Positions 49,776 to 59,307 of a DNA stretch of 64,000 bases are shown here, one piece after another; within the stretch, counting starts at the first letter, position 1; each line of letters opens with the position of its first letter. The position numbers and the translations under genes are program-made. The DNA is from an uncultured Gammaproteobacteria bacterium. GTDB lineage: Bacteria > Patescibacteriota > Patescibacteriia > Veblenbacterales > UBA10138. A model generated the notes under the pieces. It was not told the origin of the DNA. It ran no database searches and saw only the letters and a list, made by a program, of their open reading frames with translations. Location of the stretch: positions 166,276 through 230,275 of the forward strand of contig CAYVOI010000001.1 of NCBI GenBank assembly GCA_964453605.1, given 5' to 3'.

Positions 49776-50822
49776 ATGCCACCAGTCAAACGAGACGACG
49801 GCAAAAAAGCACAGCCAGAGCTGAGCGGCCGCGAGAAAGCGGCCCAGCTCGCCATAGACCAGATTAAAGAGCGTTTTGGTGAGGGCGCCATTATGAAGCT
49901 GGGCGAGGCGCACGCCATGGCGGTGGAGGTGGTGTCTACCGGTTGCCTGAGCCTGGACCTGGCACTAGGGGTTGGCGGTATGCCGCGCGGTCGGGTGATA
50001 GAGGTGTACGGGCCCGAAGCTTCAGGTAAAACTACACTGACACTCCACGTGATTGCCGAGGTGCAGAAAATGGGTGGCCTGGCAGCCTTTGTGGACGCCG
50101 AGCACGCCCTAGACCCAGTCTACGCTAAAAAGATCGGGGTAAACATCGACGAGCTATTCATTTCTCAGCCCGACACCGGCGAGCAGGCGCTGGATATTGT
50201 AGACACTCTGGTGCGCTCGAACGGCATGGACGTTATCGTGGTGGACTCTGTGGCAGCCCTCACCCCCAAGGCAGAAATTGAGGGCGATATGGGTGACAGC
50301 CACATGGGCCTGCAAGCCAGGCTCATGAGCCAGGCTTTGCGCAAACTTACCGCTATAATCTCCAAGAGTAAAACAGTAGTTATATTCCTCAACCAAACCC
50401 GCATGAAGATTGGTGTGTTCTTCGGTAACCCGGAAACCACGACTGGCGGCATGGCTTTGAAGTTCTACTCTTCAGTACGCCTGGAAATCCGCCGCATTGG
50501 TCAGCTCAAGCAAGGTGAGCAGATGGTCGGAAACCGCGTGCGGGTAAAGGTAGTTAAGAACAAAGTCGCCCCGCCGTTCCAGGTAGCGGAGTTCGACATT
50601 ATGTACAACGAGGGCATTTCGCTCCCCGGTGATTTGCTTGACATTGGCACACTTCAGGAGGTGGTCAAGAAAACCGGCAATACCTACGCTTTTGGTGAAA
50701 CTAAGCTCGGCGTGGGGCGGGAGGCCGCCAAGCAGTTCGTGCGTGAGAACCCGAAAGTGGCTAAGGAGATTAGGGAAGCAGTGGTAGAGAAGGTTAAACT
50801 ACAGCGCGCAGCAGAGAAATAG
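49776..50822 (+). CDS. recA: Recombinase RecA
   Basis: [44 protein letters not shown]. Confidence 0.99.
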   Translation: MPPVKRDDGKKAQPELSGREKAAQLAIDQIKERFGEGAIMKLGEAHAMAVEVVSTGCLSLDLALGVGGMPRGRVIEVYGPEASGKTTLTLHVIAEVQKMGGLAAFVDAEHALDPVYAKKIGVNIDELFISQPDTGEQALDIVDTLVRSNGMDVIVVDSVAALTPKAEIEGDMGDSHMGLQARLMSQALRKLTAIISKSKTVVIFLNQTRMKIGVFFGNPETTTGGMALKFYSSVRLEIRRIGQLKQGEQMVGNRVRVKVVKNKVAPPFQVAEFDIMYNEGISLPGDLLDIGTLQEVVKKTGNTYAFGETKLGVGREAAKQFVRENPKVAKEIREAVVEKVKLQRAAEK

Positions 50823-50890
50823 TATACCTTTCGAAAAGCCCCATTCAGGGGCTTTTTAGGTTTACCAGTCGGTACTATACTTTTAAGCGT

Positions 50891-51667
50891 ATGCTGCCTG
50901 TGTATATTAGGCGTTTCTTGGTTGACCCGCGGCGGCGGGTGGCGCTGAGTTTAACGCTGGTCTGGCTCATAGCCGCCTGGCACTACGGCTTTGGGCAGTT
51001 TTTGTGGTGGCCGGCAGTTTGTGCTGTGGTAGCAGAAGCTACCGAGGTGTTGTGGCACGCCTTGTTCCAGCGGCGTTTTATTTTTAACTACTCGGCGCTA
51101 GTCACCGGGCTTCTCATTGGGCTTTTGGTGTACCCGGGGGCCTATGTTTTGGCTGTGGCGCTGCCGGTGGCAGCGATCATTTTAAAACGGTTATTGTACC
51201 CGAAAGAGCGGCCCATGTTTAACCCTGCCGCCTTAGCAATAGTCCTGGCGGCTCTGCTCCTTAATGTGCCCACCTCGTGGTGGGGCGTGGCTTGGAGCCC
51301 ATGGTTGGGCCTGGCACTAGCCTTGAGTGTGCTAGATGTACTGTGGAAGCTGAAGCTGTGGATGGTACCGTTTACGTTCCTGGTAGGTTACGCCGCCTAC
51401 CTCAGCCAATCAGGTGGGCTGGCTGGTGCCTGGCCGCTGCTCTTTGATGGTACCGTGCTGACGTTTGCTTTTGTGATGCTGCCTGAGCCAAGGAGCGGGG
51501 TGCAGGGCTTGCCACTGATTGGCAAGCTGACGTTTCCTGTGGTTGTGCTCGGCAGTATAGTTTTGTTAGCTCGCTGGCCTGCCCCTTCACTCGACCCGCT
51601 ACTTACTGCCTTGCTCATAACGTCGCTACTTTTTTCGTTGCGCCGCTTAGCATCAAAAACTCATTGA
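50891..51667 (+). CDS. RnfD/NqrB-like membrane protein (short form)
   Basis: SALVTGLLI, K......MFNPAA, FAFVMLPEP. Confidence 0.7.
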   Translation: MLPVYIRRFLVDPRRRVALSLTLVWLIAAWHYGFGQFLWWPAVCAVVAEATEVLWHALFQRRFIFNYSALVTGLLIGLLVYPGAYVLAVALPVAAIILKRLLYPKERPMFNPAALAIVLAALLLNVPTSWWGVAWSPWLGLALALSVLDVLWKLKLWMVPFTFLVGYAAYLSQSGGLAGAWPLLFDGTVLTFAFVMLPEPRSGVQGLPLIGKLTFPVVVLGSIVLLARWPAPSLDPLLTALLITSLLFSLRRLASKTH

Positions 51668-51725
51668 GATAAAAATAAACAGAGCTTGGTAGAGCCAGCT
51701 CTGTTTGCAAAACGACGAAGGGAGT

Positions 51726-52520
51726 TCAGCATAGTGTGACTCCGTCACCTACGTGGATCACACCTACGGATAGGTGGTTCATATTTCGGCCAAAGAGCAC
51801 TGTGTTTCCGAGCCCGCGGTAGGTGCTTAAGGTAGCGAGAGGTTCAGCACCTTTTTCGCTGGTGGCTTGGTTTATGGTGGTAGTAACACACCGCTGGCAC
51901 CCGGTGGTGCCGATGAACCCTACACCGTTAACCACGATTTCGCCCCACCGGTCTTCAGCATAAGGTTCTGAGCCAGTGACCACTATATTCGGCCGAAACC
52001 TGTTCATGGGCAGCGGTTGCTCATTTTTCTCCCGCAGACGGCGGTTCAGGTCTTCGAGCGAGGCTTCACCGAGGAGCATAAAGGAGTAGGCGTCGGCGTA
52101 CGCCACCCTGACGACAGCAGATTTTGCCGGGCGAATAGTGTCCCTCGGCATGCGTACCAGTCGGCAGCGGCGGCCGAGGAACTCACTGAGCCATACAGCC
52201 ACCTCTTTGCCCTGGTATACGCCTACCGTGGTGTCCTCGTGTACGGTAACAGCTAGGCCCTTGCCGCCTCGTCGTTCGAGTGGAACGTCGATATTGGGCA
52301 TGGTGGGGGCAGAGAGCTTGAGCACCTCAGCGGTAATAGCGGTATGGATCAGGCAGAGCCCGGGGACTTCGCGCTGGCTCAAGAACCTGCCAGCTTCATT
52401 GATTACCATCCACTCTCGGTCATACTGTAAGCCACGCTCAGCTACCACCGCTCGCCGTTGTGAAATCCCTTGGCATGATTTCACTGGGTAGGTGTTAATT
52501 TGCGTAACAGTTACGTTCAT
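51726..52520 (-). CDS. MOSC domain protein (YcbX/mARC-like)
   Basis: YPVKSC, DREWMV, RFRPNIVV, AEDRW, CQRC, FGRN. Confidence 0.9.
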   Translation of the reverse strand: MNVTVTQINTYPVKSCQGISQRRAVVAERGLQYDREWMVINEAGRFLSQREVPGLCLIHTAITAEVLKLSAPTMPNIDVPLERRGGKGLAVTVHEDTTVGVYQGKEVAVWLSEFLGRRCRLVRMPRDTIRPAKSAVVRVAYADAYSFMLLGEASLEDLNRRLREKNEQPLPMNRFRPNIVVTGSEPYAEDRWGEIVVNGVGFIGTTGCQRCVTTTINQATSEKGAEPLATLSTYRGLGNTVLFGRNMNHLSVGVIHVGDGVTLC

Positions 52521-52642
52521 GGTTTATTCTCCTTTGGTTTTGATTTTTCTTTTTGGTATTGAGAGCTCATCTTAGCCTCAGGCAATTATTTTGTCAAACA
52601 AAAACTGCCCACGCTGGGTAGGCAGTGCGCTGGGAATTGAGC

Positions 52643-53209
52643 TTAGGCTCGCTCTACGTAGGTACTGGTTTCAGTGTTCACCACCACGAGTTCGCCCTCT
52701 TTTATGAACAGGGGAACGTTTACGGTGAGGCCAGTTTCGAGCTTAGCCTGCTTGGTGCCGCCGGTAGCAGTGTCGCCCCTGACCCCAGGCGGGGTCTCCA
52801 CTACCTTGAGCGTAACTTTCTTAGGTAGCTCCACGGTAATGGGGGAGCCGTTGAAGTTCAGAATGTTGACCTCTAAACCCTCTTTCAGGAACTTAAGCTG
52901 GTCGCCCAAGGTCTCTTTGGAAAAGTCGAATTGCTCAAAACTCTCCTGGTTCATGAAGTGGCAGTGGGTGTCATCGGCGTAGAGGAAGCTAGCCTTAGTG
53001 CGCGACATGTCGGCCTCCTCCACCTTGTCGCCGGGTTTAAAACTCTGTTCTAGCACGCGGCCGGTAAAGAGGTGCCTGAGTTTGGTGCGCATCACCGGCT
53101 TGCGCTGGGCGGTGCGCATGAACGAAGCCTCCAAAACCTGGTAGGGTTCTTCGTTCACCAGAATGTTGAGGCCAACTTTAATGGAGTTGAGGGAAGGGAG
53201 TACTGACAT
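52643..53209 (-). CDS. efp: Elongation factor P
   Basis: RTKLR, TPPGVRGDTA.GG.K.AKLETG, VPLFI, YVERA. Confidence 0.95.
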   Translation of the reverse strand: MSVLPSLNSIKVGLNILVNEEPYQVLEASFMRTAQRKPVMRTKLRHLFTGRVLEQSFKPGDKVEEADMSRTKASFLYADDTHCHFMNQESFEQFDFSKETLGDQLKFLKEGLEVNILNFNGSPITVELPKKVTLKVVETPPGVRGDTATGGTKQAKLETGLTVNVPLFIKEGELVVVNTETSTYVERA

Positions 53210-53297
53210 AGGTAGCAAATAACAACTAGCGAATGGCCAATAGTATTTAGATTCAGGCAGAGTTTAGGAACCAGCCACTCGGAACCGGGAACTAATA

Positions 53298-53543
53298 TTA
53301 CTTCATGACGAATGGTACCAAGGCCATGGTGCGGGCGCGTTTGACCGCCAGGGCAAACTTGCGCATGTGCTTGAGGCAGGTGCCGGTACGGCGGCGGGGT
53401 AGCAATTTGCCGTGGCTGGAGGTGAACTTCTGTAAAATGCGGGTGTCTTTATAATCAATATCGTTCAAACCATTGACGCAGAAGTAGCAGACGCGGACTT
53501 TAGGCGCTACCGTGGTAACTTGTTTGCGGTGGTTACTTGGCAT
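53298..53543 (-). CDS. rpsR: 30S ribosomal protein S18
   Basis: CYFC, IDYKD, GKLLPRRRTG.C.KH, AVKRAR. Confidence 0.96.
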   Translation of the reverse strand: MPSNHRKQVTTVAPKVRVCYFCVNGLNDIDYKDTRILQKFTSSHGKLLPRRRTGTCLKHMRKFALAVKRARTMALVPFVMK

Positions 53544-53561
53544 GGGTGGGTACTTAGGTGC

Positions 53562-53993
53562 TTAAAACGGAATGTCTTCCACGTTTACTGTTGGTTCTTC
53601 GGCTGAGGCTGGTGCAGCAGCCGGTTCGGGCATGCTCTGCGGCTCCTGAGTTTGCGGCCCGCCGTTGGCGCGGTCGAGCATGATGAAGTTTTCTGCCACT
53701 ACCTCGGTGCGCCAGTGCTTTGTTCCTTGGGCGTCGTCCCAGCTGCGGGTTTGGAGCCTGCCCTCCACATAGATTTTCATACCGCGCCGTAGGTACTGGC
53801 CAGCGATATCCGCTAAGCGGCGCCAGGCCACGACGTTGTGGAACTCGGCTTTCTCTTGCCGTTCGCCAGCGGGGTTGGTCCAGCGCATGTTGGTGGCAAT
53901 AGAGAACGTGGCCACGTTAGCGCCCTGGGTGGTGGTGCGCACCTCCGGATCGCGCGTTAAGTTGCCGATGAGCATTACCTTGTTGAGGTCCAT
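53562..53993 (-). CDS. ssb: Single-stranded DNA-binding protein
   Basis: NKVMLIGNLTRDPE, VEGRLQTRSW, acidic DIPF tail. Confidence 0.97.
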   Translation of the reverse strand: MDLNKVMLIGNLTRDPEVRTTTQGANVATFSIATNMRWTNPAGERQEKAEFHNVVAWRRLADIAGQYLRRGMKIYVEGRLQTRSWDDAQGTKHWRTEVVAENFIMLDRANGGPQTQEPQSMPEPAAAPASAEEPTVNVEDIPF

Positions 53994-54015
53994 AGGGGTA
54001 GTAGTTAAGGTTACG

Positions 54016-54495
54016 TTACTTAACTTCTTCTTCCAAAATTTGTTCCAGCTTTTTGTCGAGCTCTTCCAAGTTTACCTTGGGTTGCTCCTCGGCGGCTGGC
54101 GCAGCCGGAGCTAAGGCGGCCACCTTAGTCGCTTCCTCAGCCTTAGCGTGGAGCCGGGCGAGCTTGGCTTGTAGTGCCCGTTCGCGCTCTAGCTGCTCGG
54201 GTGACTTGACCTTCTTATCTACTATCATAGCCCTGAGTACGTCAGGCGACAGGCGGAACCAATCGTTAATCTGTTTTACCTTGTCAGTCGGCAGGTCGCA
54301 CTCCAGCACCACATAGTGGCCATGGCGTACGTGGTTTATAGGGTAGGCCAGCTTGCGTTTGCCCAACGAGTCCTCGTGGGTAATCTTGGCGCCGGCCGCG
54401 GTCAAGGTGGCGCGTACCTTGTCCTGCACTGCCCCGGGCTCATCGCCAGTTGCCTTCAGCGGGACAATGTACATGATTTCGTAGTGGTTTGTCAT
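54016..54495 (-). CDS. rpsF: 30S ribosomal protein S6 with C-terminal extension
   Basis: YEIMYI, GKRKLAYPI, G.Y, VLR; rpsF-ssb-rpsR order. Confidence 0.95.
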   Translation of the reverse strand: MTNHYEIMYIVPLKATGDEPGAVQDKVRATLTAAGAKITHEDSLGKRKLAYPINHVRHGHYVVLECDLPTDKVKQINDWFRLSPDVLRAMIVDKKVKSPEQLERERALQAKLARLHAKAEEATKVAALAPAAPAAEEQPKVNLEELDKKLEQILEEEVK

Positions 54496-54718
54496 AAAGG
54501 TGGTCTGACTAACAAAAAAACGCTTGAAGTTAAGAGGTTGGCCCTCACCTGTACGTCGCGCCCGTAAGGGCGGACCGGTGAGGCCCCGTGGTCCCGCAGT
54601 GCGGGATTTTACGGGGGTGGAGCGCTCAAAAAGCGCTAGCGGGGGGAAGCTTACCACAGGCCTAAAGCATTGGCAAGCCCCTAACGTACAGCGCTAGCAT
54701 GGTATACTGGGGCTACCT

Positions 54719-55915
54719 ATGCCAACCTACGTAGCCATGCTAGGGCGAGAGCCAGAACTTAGCGTGGCTGAAGTTGTGGCACTCGCCACGCGTCTTGGCC
54801 TGAAGCTCACCTGGGCTGACCTGAACCAGCGCTACGCTGTGTTTGAGGTTGACTGCGAAGCTGCTGAGCTCAAGCCATTAGCTGGTTTGGTTAAGCTTGC
54901 TCAGGTAGTAAGCACTGTTCCGAGCACAAAAGAAGCTCTGTTCGCCCTGGCGCACGATACGTTAACGGAGAGCGGCTACGACCAGTGGCACTTTGGGTTT
55001 AGCTGGTACGGCCAGCCCCCCCGTTGGTTAACTGCTGTTGGTATGGAGCTGAAGCGTGCGGCCAAGGAAGGTGGTCGGCGTGCACGTTTGGTTGTGGCAC
55101 GAGGGGCGGAGCTTTCCTCCGTTGTGGTAGCAAAGAACAAGCTGTTGCCGCCTAAGGGTTGCGAGTTTGTTGTTTTTCCCAAGGAGTCAGAGGAACTTTT
55201 GGTAGCCAGGACACTTTGGGTGCAAGAGTTTGAAGCCTGGGGCGAGCGCGACTACGGCCGGCCAGAGCGTGATGCTAAAGTTGGCATGCTGCCACCAAAG
55301 CTGGCGCACATGATGGTGAACTTAGCTCAAGTTCCAACCGAGGGGAAAATACTCGACCCATTTTGTGGGTCAGGCACCGTGCTGCAAGAGGCGGCGGTGT
55401 TGGGGTATCAGAATTTAATTGGTACCGATAGCGACGCCCGGGGTGTCGAGCGCACGCGAGCGAATTTTGCCTGGCTCAAACAGCACTATTCAAACATAGC
55501 CGAGCCCGAGCTTGCGGTGTCTGACATTCGCAAACTCCTCTCCACCCTTCAGAACAGACAGTTTGATGCCATTATTACCGAACCTTACCTTGGGCCACCG
55601 CTTCGGGGTAAGGAACAGCAAGGTGAGCTTCGGAAAGTAGCGCAAGAGCTCACCGAGTTCTACAGTGCAGTGCTTAAAGTGCTGGCGCAAGCGTTGCGTG
55701 CCGGCGGTCGCCTGGTTATGGTGTGGCCGGTGGTCCGAGGGAGGGGCGAAGAGCACCTGCTTGCTTTGGTGACTCACGCTCACGACCTAGGCCTTAAGGT
55801 GCAGAACCTGCTGCCCGATAGCGCCCCCCACACCTGGCATCGCAAACGCGGCTCGCTGCTCTACGAGCGGCCGGACCAACACGTGGCCCGGGAGATTTTC
55901 GTTTTCGGCAAGTAG
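54719..55915 (+). CDS. SAM-dependent RNA methyltransferase (Trm11/UPF0020-like)
   Basis: GMLPPKLA, LDPFCGSGT, ITEPYLGP. Confidence 0.85.
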   Translation: MPTYVAMLGREPELSVAEVVALATRLGLKLTWADLNQRYAVFEVDCEAAELKPLAGLVKLAQVVSTVPSTKEALFALAHDTLTESGYDQWHFGFSWYGQPPRWLTAVGMELKRAAKEGGRRARLVVARGAELSSVVVAKNKLLPPKGCEFVVFPKESEELLVARTLWVQEFEAWGERDYGRPERDAKVGMLPPKLAHMMVNLAQVPTEGKILDPFCGSGTVLQEAAVLGYQNLIGTDSDARGVERTRANFAWLKQHYSNIAEPELAVSDIRKLLSTLQNRQFDAIITEPYLGPPLRGKEQQGELRKVAQELTEFYSAVLKVLAQALRAGGRLVMVWPVVRGRGEEHLLALVTHAHDLGLKVQNLLPDSAPHTWHRKRGSLLYERPDQHVAREIFVFGK

Positions 55916-56034
55916 TAGTTTGCATCATTTTGTTATGTGGACATCGTAGATAGTGCCAATAAGATGCCACGTCTATTTTATAAGGATAAAAAATAGAGCC
56001 GACAACGAATTGTCGGCTCTTGGATTGTCTAAAC

Positions 56035-56403
56035 CTACCATCTTCTTTCGATATAGACCGAGCCGCTGCGCCTGTGCGTGTTCACCTCAATATAGGCTTT
56101 GAGCTGCAGCTCAGGCATTCTCTCAGGAGATACTGTGGCCTCGATCTCGAAGTTGTCCTTGTTGATTTTTGAGCTGTGTATATCTTTAAGTATCACCACC
56201 CGACCCTTGCCGAGACCCATTTGTTGGTGACGGATGGCCTCTTCACCAGTGACGTATTGGGGCTCTATGGTAAACCACACCCGTTCTTGGATCAGTATTT
56301 GGGGGTACCCAGAGGCGATGAGAAGTTCCATTTTTGATGGGCCACTAATTGTCCAAAAACAGAAATGGGTCTTCAGCAGTTCCTCGTGCTTCGTAGTTGC
56401 CAT
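56035..56403 (-). CDS. Hypothetical protein
   Basis: AGAGGGG SD before ATG 56403; own TTGACA-17-TATACA promoter and downstream hairpin. Confidence 0.6.
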   Translation of the reverse strand: MATTKHEELLKTHFCFWTISGPSKMELLIASGYPQILIQERVWFTIEPQYVTGEEAIRHQQMGLGKGRVVILKDIHSSKINKDNFEIEATVSPERMPELQLKAYIEVNTHRRSGSVYIERRW

Positions 56404-56589
56404 GACGACAACCCCTCTCTTTGGTTTACAGCGCTTTGGGGGCGCTTTCCCCGTTATCCGCCCGGGGCGGACCACCTAACCATAACGGCTAGGAATTCAT
56501 TAACCAATGTTTTTGGTTAACACTTATTTGTATACCAAATCGCTAATGCTGTCAAGCCCTAAACACTAAACCTAAAGTGGCAGCTATCG

Positions 56590-56790
56590 TTAGGTAGTGT
56601 TGCTTGTTGTTTTTATAGACTGGGTTTTTATGTCCAGCTGGACATAAAAACCCAACCAGGGCTGCTCCTCAGGTGAGGGCAGGATTAGTCTTCCAGGTAG
56701 TGGACGGTAGGGCCTATTACGTCGCCGTCGTGTTTTGTTGAGTATAGGAATCTTTCGTGCGAAAGGTTCCATGGTGGTTCTGTAGAGCAT
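56590..56790 (-). CDS. Possible small basic hypothetical protein
   Basis: 66-aa ORF only. Confidence 0.35.
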   Translation of the reverse strand: MLYRTTMEPFARKIPILNKTRRRRNRPYRPLPGRLILPSPEEQPWLGFYVQLDIKTQSIKTTSNTT

Positions 56791-56861
56791 TTGGTATTTG
56801 ACAAAAGTCGTCGGGGGGGGGTAGAGTAGGACTGGTCATAATTATTAACTGATAACCATAT

Positions 56862-57569
56862 ATGGATAGGGGAGAACTTGATTTAAATCGAGAAGACGAA
56901 GCCTATAAAGAACTATTGAAAAAAGCCAGTCTACTAATAGATGGGCATTTTGACAACCCCACATTTTTTAGTTATGAGCAGAAAGTTACACAATGTGAAC
57001 CTATACCCAATCAACCCGATTACAATTTAATTACGGCCGTAATTAATGACCGGGGGACATCATCTGCCATTGAAGACATTGGTTTTTTTATTTTAGGTAA
57101 CGATGGCACTCTTTTAACGGAAACGCCAGACCTGATTAGTGCAAAAGAAAAAAGTCTAAATATAAAGCTTGATAAAAGTAAAGAGATGCTACCAGGACCA
57201 GTTGCTCGGGCGACGGTACACCGCAGCGTGGACTCAGGCTCATTTGGGTCCGTTGATTACAATAATAAGAGTTATAAAGTCAGTTATGCGTTTACCGATA
57301 GCGGCACTCTGCTTATAAGAAGTAAGTTGGCTAGAGAGGGACAGGAAACAATTATACCCGTTACCGATAGGGATGTAATGAATGTCGAGGATAGGTCTGA
57401 GCATGAGTACAGTGTCAGCGAGGATACCGAAGAGATTACTGAAGAGTTGAATTTTGATTTACAAAAGCTGTATCTACACCATAAGCGAACCATTAGACGT
57501 CCCGGTACAAAAGATGTAGTTCGAGATCTATCGGCCAGTCTAGTAGAGGTTAAAGAGTCGGGAAGTTAA
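56862..57569 (+). CDS. Acidic hypothetical protein, low GC
   Basis: 235-aa ORF with upstream TTGACA..TAGAGT; composition differs from the flanks. Confidence 0.7.
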   Translation: MDRGELDLNREDEAYKELLKKASLLIDGHFDNPTFFSYEQKVTQCEPIPNQPDYNLITAVINDRGTSSAIEDIGFFILGNDGTLLTETPDLISAKEKSLNIKLDKSKEMLPGPVARATVHRSVDSGSFGSVDYNNKSYKVSYAFTDSGTLLIRSKLAREGQETIIPVTDRDVMNVEDRSEHEYSVSEDTEEITEELNFDLQKLYLHHKRTIRRPGTKDVVRDLSASLVEVKESGS

Positions 57570-57666
57570 GCCAAGCTCCGAAAAATTATCGCATGTGCAG
57601 GTTTTAGTCGAAAATATTGATTTTAGTCTACGTAGTGACACATAGGTGAGGAACACGCGAGCTGTT

Positions 57667-58728
57667 TTAGGTGCTGAATCTAAAGTGGCAAATGTCGCCG
57701 TCGTGCACCACGTAGTCTTTGCCTTCCAGCCGGAGCTTGCCAGCTTCCCGCGCGCCGCTTTCGCCACCGGCAGTTACAAAATCTGCGTAGGCTATTACCT
57801 CAGCACGAATAAAACCCTGTTCAAAGTCGGTGTGAATAACACCAGCGGCTTGGGGTGCTTTGGTGCCCGCTGTTATAGTCCAAGCGCGTGATTCCTCCGG
57901 CCCGGTGGTGAAGTACGTTATGAGGTTAAGCAGTTTGTAGCTGGCGTGGATAAGTTTGTCGAGCCCGCTCTCTTGAAGCCCAAGATCTTTGAGCATGTCG
58001 CGGGCCTCGTTAGGCGCAAGGTCAGCCAGTTCAGCCTCGAGCTTGGCGGAAATTTGAATGTTAGGGAGTAGGGAGTAGTCAGTAGCGAGTAGGTTTTCGT
58101 CAGAGTTTATAACGTAGAGTAACGGCTTGGCTGTTAGGAGTTGTAGCTCGCGCACGAGTTCTGCTTCTTCCTCGTTCAGTTCTAGGGTTCGTGCAGGCTT
58201 GCCCTGGTTCAGGTGTTGGGCCGTTCGTTCCAGCGCAGCTATTTGTTTGCCAACAGTTTTATCTTGTCCGGTTTTAAGCTTGGGCCGGAGGCTCTGGAGG
58301 CGTTTTTGCACGGTGCTTAAGTCCGCCATGGCGAGCTCCAGGTTTATAACTTCAGCGTCCCCCGTGGGGTCTACCTTGTTCGCCACATGGATAATGTTGG
58401 GGTCCTTAAAGGCTCGCACCACTTGGACAATAGCATCCACCTCGCGAATGTTGCTGAGGAATTGGTTCCCCAAACCTTCACCTTGGTGGGCATTTTTCAC
58501 TAAACCAGCAATGTCCACAAACTCTATGGTGGTGGGAATAGTTTTGGCTGATTTAGACAGCTCGGTGAGTTTAGCTAGCCGCTCGTCCGGCACCTCCACC
58601 ACCCCGACGTTAGGGTCTATGGTGGCAAAGGGGTAGTTCTCAATCACTACCTGTTTGCGGGTTAGAGCCTTGAACAGGGTCGACTTGCCAACGTTGGGCA
58701 GGCCCACAATACCAACTTGGAATGACAT
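57667..58728 (-). CDS. ychF: Ribosome-binding ATPase YchF
   Basis: GIVGLPNVGKST, NYPFATIDPN, DIAGLV..A..GEGLGN.FL, AAGVIHTDF, EGKDY.V.DGD. Confidence 0.97.
   Translation of the reverse strand: MSFQVGIVGLPNVGKSTLFKALTRKQVVIENYPFATIDPNVGVVEVPDERLAKLTELSKSAKTIPTTIEFVDIAGLVKNAHQGEGLGNQFLSNIREVDAIVQVVRAFKDPNIIHVANKVDPTGDAEVINLELAMADLSTVQKRLQSLRPKLKTGQDKTVGKQIAALERTAQHLNQGKPARTLELNEEEAELVRELQLLTAKPLLYVINSDENLLATDYSLLPNIQISAKLEAELADLAPNEARDMLKDLGLQESGLDKLIHASYKLLNLITYFTTGPEESRAWTITAGTKAPQAAGVIHTDFEQGFIRAEVIAYADFVTAGGESGAREAGKLRLEGKDYVVHDGDICHFRFST
58058..58092 (+). repeat. Heptamer tandem array inside ychF
   Basis: atgttag ggagtag ggagtag tcagtag cgagtag. Confidence 0.6.
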
Positions 58729-58791
58729 AAGCCACTTCACTCTAGCGTACTTTTTGTCTTTAGCAAACCTTGCGGTATACTGAAGCCCGGT

Positions 58792-59247
58792 ATGACCCGC
58801 GTAGTATTAGATACCAACGTACTTATAAACGCTGACCGTGGCGAGTTTAGCTACGGTAAGCGTATTGTAGAGCTGGTGCAGCAGGGGAAGATAGCTGCCG
58901 TAACCTCTCACCCAGTGCGGCGCGAGAACGAACTCCTAGTCGACCGTTTAGTCACCGACCCTAAGCTTAAGCGTGAGCTGGTGGAGTTTTTAGGTTTGGC
59001 TCAGCCGGTTGTGGCAGCATCAGTTGCCGTTACGCTCGAGGACCAGGAGGACGTTAAGCTCCTGGCGGCGGCGGTAGGTGGTAAGGCAGAGTTTTTGATT
59101 ACCGATGACCGGCATTTGCTTGAGGTAGAGGAGTACGAGGGGGTGAGGGTTGTTACGCCAGCGCAGTTCTGGCAGTGGTGGCAGAAATATGAGGACGAGG
59201 TAGGGGAAACGTGGGGTGCGTGGACCAGGGGTATCTTAGGTCGGTAG
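58792..59247 (+). CDS. PIN domain protein (PIN_3-like)
   Basis: VVLDTNVLI, EDQED..LL..A..G.A.FLITDDRHLL, VVTP..F. Confidence 0.88.
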   Translation: MTRVVLDTNVLINADRGEFSYGKRIVELVQQGKIAAVTSHPVRRENELLVDRLVTDPKLKRELVEFLGLAQPVVAASVAVTLEDQEDVKLLAAAVGGKAEFLITDDRHLLEVEEYEGVRVVTPAQFWQWWQKYEDEVGETWGAWTRGILGR

Positions 59248-59307
59248 ATAAGAAAACCGTTCAGAGAGCAATGCTCTTCTCTGAACGGTTGACTACTGAG
59301 TAGGTCG

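Noticed and set aside
54496-54657. N-terminal extension of S6
   Set aside because: Corresponds to the structured leader; homology starts at MTNHYE
55917-55943. dif-like site (agtttgcatca-ttttg-ttatgtggaca)
   Set aside because: Central spacer is 5 rather than 6 nt and both arms deviate from the XerC/XerD consensus
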